A stretch of DNA of 64,000 nt from assembly GCA_965235115.1 (NCBI GenBank), contig OZ249447.1:22196001-22260000 (forward strand), given 5' to 3'. This document shows, piece by piece, positions 1 to 6,953 of this stretch. Made by a program: the position numbers and the translations under genes. The stretch is from Laetmonice hystrix. Its lineage: Eukaryota. Position 1 is the stretch's first letter; each line of letters starts with the position of its first letter. The notes beneath the pieces are model-generated. The model had not been told where the DNA came from. It made no database searches and saw nothing but the letters and a program-made list of their open reading frames with translations.

Positions 1-643
1 ATGCCTTGCAGACTTGTCATGGCTTCACCTGGTCACATAATGTACGACAGAAAGGTACAGTTGATGATGATGGGAGTAAAGAATTGGTTAATGACACATG
101 TTGTTGCCATTTGACCAGGACGATATTTGAAATGGACTGGTCACTGATGGAGGTAGAAGTTCCGGCACTGGTCTGTCTGTTGGTTAATTAGACCGCTTAC
201 CGACTGTCTTCGTTTTCTTGCCTCATTTCCGCTGAGGGTAACGTTTCCCTTAATGATCGGGCTCAACAGCTAGAAATAGTAACTGTTGTTAGCAATCACT
301 TATTAGCAAAACGTCACTTGTATTGAGAACGCAAGCACAGTGAGTGAATGTCTGGAGAAATGTAGACAAAATATGGTGTGAAGGTTTGGATATCAGAGTG
401 TAACTGAGGAAACAGCCCGAAATTGAAGTTGTGAGATATTTCCTGTTGACGAAGCTCACTCCAGAGATAGCTTATAACTGTCTGAGAGTGGTTTTCATGA
501 CATTTCATTTCTATGAAAACAGCAGACAGAACGAACGATTTAACCTATTAATATCATAGATATTTTTGGAGGTCTGGCGTGTTTGTATTGACACGAGTTG
601 AAAGAGTTTGTTGGAATAGTTCCGTTATCGATCCCATTTTTAG

Positions 644-780
644 GAGACATTAAGCTGACCGGGTTAATGACCTTTAAATGAGGAGACGTTATCAGCTAGC
701 CCCTGCCGGGGCCTCTACCCCACCACACCAGTGGTGTGTAATCAGTTGCTGGCGCGCAGCGCAGGAGTTTAGACTGGCTT
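644..780 (+). repeat. Terminal repeat A1 (137 bp)
   Basis: GAGACATTAAGC...AGACTGGCTT, identical by eye to 4808-4944. Confidence 0.95.
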
Positions 781-808
781 TCGTCTTGCTCCATCCCGTA
801 CTTTGAAA

Positions 809-1993
809 ATGGCTGAATTTGACTTTGCTACGTGGTCTTCAGACAATGGTTTAAAAAGGAAGACAAAAGACGCTCTGACCAAACAGGACTTTACGGGCAA
901 GAACGCTCTCCTACTTATGACGCCTGGAGATGTTGCGGCCCTGGACATCACGGGCGGTCAGGCCAGGGTGCTCCGTGAGGGGCTGAAACAACTTGGAAAC
1001 CCAGCTTTCCCTCAAACCGCTGCCGTGGCCACTCAAGCCACTGCCGTGGCCTCTCCAGCCAATGCCACTCAAGCCACTGCCGTCGTCCATCAGGTTGGAA
1101 ACCAGCCGGGTCCTTCACGGCCTGATACTTCTGTGGGCGCCGCCGATCATGACGAGGGATCACGTCCTCCCATGGATATCGGTGGACAGTCAGAGGAGGA
1201 ATTACGGAGGGCAGGTGAAATTCTCGACAGAATACTCAGGGAGCCGGGCACGGACCTGCCACCACGTGAGCGCCAGGAGGACGGTAGGGCCCGCCCCGTG
1301 ACGGACGGCGGTCATAGGCCTACTGTAGCTAGGGCCTCAGCCTCCGATAGCTACGACCCCCAGGCGGTCCTCACCATTAGGGCAACTTCACGCAAGGCTC
1401 TACACGCCAAGGACTTCGTCCCGGAGCAGGTGAAGCAGCGGCTTCTAAGAAAGAGGAGAGAGACGCTACGCTGGGTGGAGACCGATGATGGTGCGTTCAC
1501 CATCCAGGCGGACGACCAGGGTCTCGCCTACCTGACTCAGGCGGAATGGGGAGCGGCTAATATGCGGATAATGTCGCATCTCCTTGGTACAGGTGAACTG
1601 GAGAGGGGGCGTGTCGAGGATTACATGGCCTATACAGTTACAGTTCATGAACTGGCGTCCCGTTACGACTGGGCGTCGGTTCTGGACTACGACACCAGGT
1701 ACCGGGAACAGCAGGCGGAACACGGCCACCGCTGGGGTACCCCTGCGCGACACCTGGAGTCACTCCTCCTGATGCCCAAGCGCCGGGATCAGCAACCAAC
1801 GCAGGCGTCCCAGGGGCGCCAACACCAGCGCGGGAAACTAGGTGGCAGGGCTCCCAGGATCCCTAGCACCACGGGACAGCAACAGGGGCCCAATGGCCAA
1901 GCCGCGGCCGTGGAACCATGCCGCCAGTTCCTAACAAAAGGTGTGTGCTCCTTTGGTGAGAGGTGCCGCTTCAGTCACGTCAACCAGGCCTAG
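809..1993 (+). CDS. gag: Gag-like ORF1 (394 aa) with SAM-like N-terminus and C-terminal CCCH zinc finger
   Basis: ATG at 809 in AAAATGG context (the track start at 803 is a TTG). Core motif DWASVLDYDTRYREQQA...RWG resembles DIRS/Ngaro Gag. C-x8-C-x5-C-x3-H at 1919-1978. Ends at TAG 1991-1993. Confidence 0.9.
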   Translation: MAEFDFATWSSDNGLKRKTKDALTKQDFTGKNALLLMTPGDVAALDITGGQARVLREGLKQLGNPAFPQTAAVATQATAVASPANATQATAVVHQVGNQPGPSRPDTSVGAADHDEGSRPPMDIGGQSEEELRRAGEILDRILREPGTDLPPRERQEDGRARPVTDGGHRPTVARASASDSYDPQAVLTIRATSRKALHAKDFVPEQVKQRLLRKRRETLRWVETDDGAFTIQADDQGLAYLTQAEWGAANMRIMSHLLGTGELERGRVEDYMAYTVTVHELASRYDWASVLDYDTRYREQQAEHGHRWGTPARHLESLLLMPKRRDQQPTQASQGRQHQRGKLGGRAPRIPSTTGQQQGPNGQAAAVEPCRQFLTKGVCSFGERCRFSHVNQA

Positions 1994-3562
1994 GAGACGT
2001 GCCGCTCAGCACACGACGGCTCGCTCCGCCTCGAGGCCTGGAAGCGGCGCCTCGATCCATCGGACAAAGACTATGACTTTATTGTTGATGGAGTCCAAAA
2101 TGGCTTCCGGATTACGAACAAAGACACTACCGGGGCAGGAGCCTTCTATTATAATCACAAATCTGTGCTCGGCCGCAACAAGCCAGTGGTAGAGGCACAG
2201 ATTAAGAAGGAACTCATTAACGGCCGTTATAAAGTTGTGCAAGAGCGGCCAACGATAACGTCAGCCCTTGGGGCCATCATTAAAGATGATACGGGCAAGG
2301 TCCGGCTTCTCCACGACGCGTCGAGACCATATGGCCGGGCCCTTAACGACTTTGCCCTCAACAAACGGTTTTCTTACCAGACTCTTTACCAGGCAACCTC
2401 ATCACTAAGGAGAGGTTTCTGGCTAGCCAAGCTGGATTTGTCCGAGGCTTATCGGAGTGTAAAGCTACATCCAGCAGACCATCACCTGGCAGGGCTACAA
2501 TGGACTTTTAATGGCAGTCAAAAACCAGTTTATCTCCAGGATCTGCGGCTGCCTTTCGGCGCTCGTCTGTCGGCGGGCATCTTCAACACACTGACCCAGG
2601 CTGTCAGGCGCATCATGGCCCGGGAAGGCTTTCCGTGCATGGTTGTTTATCTTGATGACTTTTTAATTTGGGCACCCGATAAGGCCTCCTGTCTCCGAGC
2701 TCTGAACCACCTGATGAGGCTAGTCAGAGAACTTGGCTTTGCCATTAACTATTCCAAGGTGGTCATGCCGACAACTTGCCTGGACTTTCTCGGTATCAAC
2801 ATCGATACAGTTCGTTACGTCTTATCTCTGCCACAGAGCAAATTAGCCCAGCTACGGTCCGAGCTAATGAAGGTGGCTGGCATGAGGACAGTAAGCAAAC
2901 AGCTGTTGCAGTCGCTGGCTGGCCGCTTGAACTGGGCGGCGCAGGTCATCCACGGAGGGCGGCCACATATGAGACGTATCATTGACCGGATTAACACCCT
3001 GCAGCGTCAGACTCATCACACTCGTGTGAACAAGTGTATTCTCAGTGACATTCAATGGTGGTTAGATTTTCTTGATGTGTTTAATGGCATCGCGCCCATC
3101 ATCGAATATCGGCGTTACACACCTGTACAAATCGACGCGTGTCAGACGGGGGCAGGAGGTTATTATAACGGGCAATGGTATCACTTAAAATGGCGGGACT
3201 GGCCGGACACCGAACAGCTCCACATCAATATGAAGGAAGTTTTGGCGCTCGAACCAGCGTGTTGGTTGTGGGGACCTCAGTGGAGAGATCGGCAGGTAAA
3301 TGTCTACAGTGACAACACCACAGCCGTCTCAATCATAAACAAAGGATCCACTAAAGATCCCCGGATCATGAAATCCCTCAGGAATATCTTCTGGTTTTCG
3401 GCCATATACAACTTCCGCATCAAAGCGTGTTACTATCCAGGCTATCGTAACACCCTGGCCGATGCTGCCTCGCGCCTGAGTGAACCAGGAGGGTCTGCGC
3501 GTTTAGAGCGGGAGCTGGATCGCCTATTGCCAGCGGCGCGATATGGATGTGCAGCAGCTTGA
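1994..3562 (+). CDS. pol: Reverse transcriptase / RNase H (522 codons plus stop; open from immediately after the gag TAG, longer than the ORF-track call)
   Basis: No stop 1994-3559. N-terminal W..L...D.DFIVDGVQNGFRI motif; RT motifs LDLSEAY, LPFG and YLDD (2648-2659); RNase H acidic residues in IDAC, MKE, YSDN and NTLADAASR. Confidence 0.93.
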   Translation, partial: ETCRSAHDGSLRLEAWKRRLDPSDKDYDFIVDGVQNGFRITNKDTTGAGAFYYNHKSVLGRNKPVVEAQIKKELINGRYKVVQERPTITSALGAIIKDDTGKVRLLHDASRPYGRALNDFALNKRFSYQTLYQATSSLRRGFWLAKLDLSEAYRSVKLHPADHHLAGLQWTFNGSQKPVYLQDLRLPFGARLSAGIFNTLTQAVRRIMAREGFPCMVVYLDDFLIWAPDKASCLRALNHLMRLVRELGFAINYSKVVMPTTCLDFLGINIDTVRYVLSLPQSKLAQLRSELMKVAGMRTVSKQLLQSLAGRLNWAAQVIHGGRPHMRRIIDRINTLQRQTHHTRVNKCILSDIQWWLDFLDVFNGIAPIIEYRRYTPVQIDACQTGAGGYYNGQWYHLKWRDWPDTEQLHINMKEVLALEPACWLWGPQWRDRQVNVYSDNTTAVSIINKGSTKDPRIMKSLRNIFWFSAIYNFRIKACYYPGYRNTLADAASRLSEPGGSARLERELDRLLPAARYGCAAA

Positions 3563-4541
3563 TGGTCTTGTGTCATCCTACCAGGAGATGGCCTTTGCTG
3601 ACAATACAAAAAAGGCCTATCGGACTCATAGACGCTCCTATTTGTCATTTTGCGCCAGCCTTGGATATGCTCCTGTTCCAGCCACCCCTATGTTGTTGTG
3701 CAGGTATGTCGCTTACCTGTCAACCAGGCTTCGTTATAATTCCGTCAAGCAGTACCTGAACATTGTCTCACTCATCCATAAGGAGCGAGGTGTGCCTAGT
3801 CCTTTAGAGAACTGTTTCCCGTTGTCCCTTACGTTGAGGGGTATCCGCCGCTCGTTAGGAGATCGAGTGACACGTAAAGCACCCATCACTCCTCGTCACC
3901 TGTATGCGATACTCAGGGGACTGAATATTCGGTTACCGAGGGATGCTGCGACTTTTTCGGCGTGCCTCCTGATGTTTTACGGCCTGCTGCGCAGATCCAA
4001 CGTTCTGCCTCCTGCTGGGGGCGGTTTTGATCCCAGTCGACACCTGCGTAGATCAGATGTCACCTTTACGCAACGAGGAGCCAAGCTGTTTCTTCGCTGG
4101 TCCAAAACGGATCAGTTCAGATCGAGGCCCAGGGTCATCCCCTACCCGCGGATAAGGGGACACCCTCTCTGTCCAACCCAGGCGCTTTTTCACGCGTTGT
4201 CCCTCACCCCGGATGCGCCATTGGACGGGCCGTTATTTGTTACCAGCGCTCGCCAAGCTTCGCCCCTTTCTCCTGAGATGTTCTCCAGGACATTCCTTTC
4301 GGCTTTAAAGAATTCTTCAGCTGACACAGAGGGCTTAGCCAGCCATTCGTTTCGGCGCGGAGGTGCAGTATTCTTGTGGAGCTCGGTGGGCCTGGATGAG
4401 GGGCGCATTCGTGAGCTAGGGGACTGGGCTTCTTCGGCGTATACAGCTTATGTAATCAGTGACGAGCAGGGACTCTCGCATACCTTAACTGCCATGGCCG
4501 AGGCCCTACCTTCGCCTGCCGAGCTCAGCGACGTTCCCTAG
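3543..4541 (+). CDS. Tyrosine recombinase (332 aa)
   Basis: N-terminal T.KAY...YLSFC binding domain; catalytic R (LLRRSN), K (SKTD), H-x-x-R (SHSFRRG), W (GDW) and Y (AYTAY). Overlaps pol by 20 nt in another frame. Confidence 0.95.
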   Translation: MDVQQLDGLVSSYQEMAFADNTKKAYRTHRRSYLSFCASLGYAPVPATPMLLCRYVAYLSTRLRYNSVKQYLNIVSLIHKERGVPSPLENCFPLSLTLRGIRRSLGDRVTRKAPITPRHLYAILRGLNIRLPRDAATFSACLLMFYGLLRRSNVLPPAGGGFDPSRHLRRSDVTFTQRGAKLFLRWSKTDQFRSRPRVIPYPRIRGHPLCPTQALFHALSLTPDAPLDGPLFVTSARQASPLSPEMFSRTFLSALKNSSADTEGLASHSFRRGGAVFLWSSVGLDEGRIRELGDWASSAYTAYVISDEQGLSHTLTAMAEALPSPAELSDVP

Positions 4542-4570
4542 TCCTACCCCTACAGACTTGTGTGGAGTTT

Positions 4571-4807
4571 GGAGTACGCTCATTTGGGTCAGCGCGAACA
4601 TTTATTTTACTGTGTGACTTTCTCCATATCCTATGTCATGTACGCAAATCATGCTTAACATGTTTCTATCATTTGATAGTGCGCCAATTTTGTTTAACAT
4701 GTTTCCATGTTGTCAGCGCGCGCGCAGCACTTATTATTGTAGTTAGTGTGTCAATAAATTTGACCCGGTTTTCTTCTCCAGCTCTGTGTTGTAGTCTCTG
4801 AATTTAA
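4571..4807 (+). repeat. Repeat B1 (237 bp)
   Basis: GGAGTACGCTC...TCTGAATTTAA, identical by eye to 4993-5229; abuts A2 directly. Confidence 0.95.
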
Positions 4808-4944
4808 GAGACATTAAGCTGACCGGGTTAATGACCTTTAAATGAGGAGACGTTATCAGCTAGCCCCTGCCGGGGCCTCTACCCCACCACACCAGTGGTG
4901 TGTAATCAGTTGCTGGCGCGCAGCGCAGGAGTTTAGACTGGCTT
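4808..4944 (+). repeat. Internal repeat A2 (137 bp)
   Basis: Copy of 644-780. Confidence 0.95.
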
Positions 4945-4992
4945 CCACCACCCACCCCTCCTCCAGATGAACTTTTCTTGCAGGGGAGGGGA

Positions 4993-5229
4993 GGAGTACG
5001 CTCATTTGGGTCAGCGCGAACATTTATTTTACTGTGTGACTTTCTCCATATCCTATGTCATGTACGCAAATCATGCTTAACATGTTTCTATCATTTGATA
5101 GTGCGCCAATTTTGTTTAACATGTTTCCATGTTGTCAGCGCGCGCGCAGCACTTATTATTGTAGTTAGTGTGTCAATAAATTTGACCCGGTTTTCTTCTC
5201 CAGCTCTGTGTTGTAGTCTCTGAATTTAA
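4993..5229 (+). repeat. Terminal repeat B2 (237 bp)
   Basis: Copy of 4571-4807. Confidence 0.95.
5175..5180 (+). terminator. Putative polyadenylation signal in B2 (also 4753-4758 in B1)
   Basis: AATAAA followed by a T/GT-rich tract, about 50 bp before the element end. Confidence 0.5.
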
Positions 5230-6159
5230 CCTGATGTAATATCGCCCAGAGAGTTATAAAATATTCACGTCACAAAGTCTTGGCTGGATCATGGTGTTTA
5301 ATACGCCTGAAATTAACAAGGTGCTCATCCACAGCGACATGAGATTCAGCCTTGTCTAACTAAACCTAAATGATGGTGGCTTAGTCTAATGGCTTAGTTC
5401 TCATTGTTCTCGGTGAAGTTTATGTGTTGGACGAGTGATGCTGCAGAGCTGGGTTATGGACCTACCATCCGTCCAGCAACCTTGTACGTATCCACTATGA
5501 TTAGTCACGACGGCTCAATGCATGAGTCTGTCAGACAGGAGGGAATAAATGAGTGACAGCCTGTAAGACGGGGGATTCTCTTGAAGACAATGCAATGAAT
5601 AAACATAAACGGTGGCTTTCATTTAAATCAGGAAGTCCACGCAATGTCATTGCAGGTCAAACTTAGGGATTTCTGAATCCACCAACATGATCCGAAAATT
5701 TGGAACAGGTCTCTGCAATAAAACCGAAGCGACAAATGTGGAACTTTCTCGACATAACATGGGAACATATTTGAAAAAATATATAAACCCGGGTCCTCGC
5801 GGGTATATCAGGGGAGCTTACTGTGTGTAGCTTTGACGTGGATGAAGGTAGAGCAAGGTTGGGTTTGGTGACTATAGCGTATAATATCGTTATTGAGAGG
5901 GTGTGATGAATGTAGTTGGTGTATGGATACCTAATTAATGTTACGTCACAGATCGCAGCTCTGTTTATGTCTTGAGCGATGTCCGTCAGTGCAGGCCGTA
6001 CAGTATGTCGGTGATGTAGTGTTGACTTTGAGCAGGCCGCCACCATTCATCATCAGTTTGTCGTGATCGGTCAATTTGTGCTTACTGACACTTGTCATTG
6101 TGATCCAGGCAGGAGGAGGCGGACAAAGGTAGGCTTGGCCTTTGTGTCGTCTGCTGACT

Positions 6160-6172
6160 TGACCTTTGACCT
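6160..6172 (-). promoter_or_regulatory. Perfect DR1 nuclear-receptor element
   Basis: TGACCTTTGACCT = AGGTCA-A-AGGTCA on the minus strand; motif match only. Confidence 0.3.
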
Positions 6173-6582
6173 CCGGCCCACACCAGCGCCTGTCAACGAT
6201 CGCGGGAGTCGGGCGACATCTGACAACCGGCTATTTCCACCAACCCTACGTCATTTGGTGACATTTCGGACGTCATCTCGGCAACTTGCTCGGACGACCT
6301 TACTGTCCGTGGAAGGTCATTTCTTCACGTGGGCGGATCGGGCGTCGTGACGCCGTGGGCACCGATCTAAATATAGTCGAACCACTTAAAAAAACATTAT
6401 AGCTGCACACCTGAGCCAGCATGAATTTGTTCTGTGGCACTGTAGAAAACAGTGGATGTGCCTTGTGTGGTACATCACCTGTGATAAAACCCACGAAATT
6501 TGGTCGAAAGTAAAGATCCATAGCCCTGACCTTATCACTAACCCCTAACCCCGGTCCCCACACCTCCCAAAACATATCCCTA

Positions 6583-6953
6583 TCCTATGGACCGACCACA
6601 GCCGAGTAGTTGCTCCCATGGACCGAGTGGAGATGGTTGAGTTGCTCCCATGGACCAACCCCAGCCGAGTGGAGATTCTTGAGTGGCTCCCATGGACCAA
6701 CCCCAGCCGAGTGGAGATGGTTGAGTGGCTCCCATGGACCGAGTGTGATGGTTGAGTTGCCCACATGGACCAACCCCAGCCGAGTGGAGATAGTTGAATG
6801 GCCCACATAGACCAACCCCAGCCGAGTGGAGATGGCTCACATAGACCAACCCCAGCCGAGTGGAGATGGTTGAGTGGTCCCATGGACCAACCCCAGCCGA
6901 GTGGAGATTGTTGAGTTGCTCCCATGGACCAACCCCAGCCGAGTAGAGATAGT
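6583..6953. repeat. 42-bp minisatellite, about 9 degenerate or truncated units
   Basis: Unit CCCATGGACCAACCCCAGCCGAGTGGAGATGGTTGAGTGGCT. Confidence 0.9.

Larger units (their letters stand above)
644..5229 (+). mobile_element. Full-length tyrosine-recombinase retrotransposon (DIRS superfamily, Ngaro-type split-direct-repeat structure)
   Basis: Order A1(644-780)-gag-RT/RH-YR-B1(4571-4807)-A2(4808-4944)-48 bp spacer-B2(4993-5229). ORFs are uninterrupted, there is no target-site duplication, and no methyltransferase domain follows RNase H. Split direct repeats without MT fit Ngaro rather than DIRS1 (inverted repeats) or PAT (MT present). Confidence 0.93.

Noticed and set aside
644-780. Hammerhead, HDV-like or true pistol ribozyme in the A repeat
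   Set aside because: No CUGANGA/GAAA pair on either strand, no HDV P1/P3 core, and the pistol GCG and GU residues are missing; kept only as a structured-RNA candidate.
2165-2167. GTG start for pol proposed by the ORF track
   Set aside because: The frame is open and homologous-looking for 57 more codons upstream, to the gag stop; GTG initiation would drop the conserved DGVQNGFRI motif.
4562-5223. Two near-identical ~80-aa ORFs
   Set aside because: They are translations of the non-coding B repeats.
6520-6560. Telomere-like TAACCCC repeats (also degenerate TTAGG runs at 48659-48705)
   Set aside because: Only two or three degenerate units; not an interstitial telomere array.
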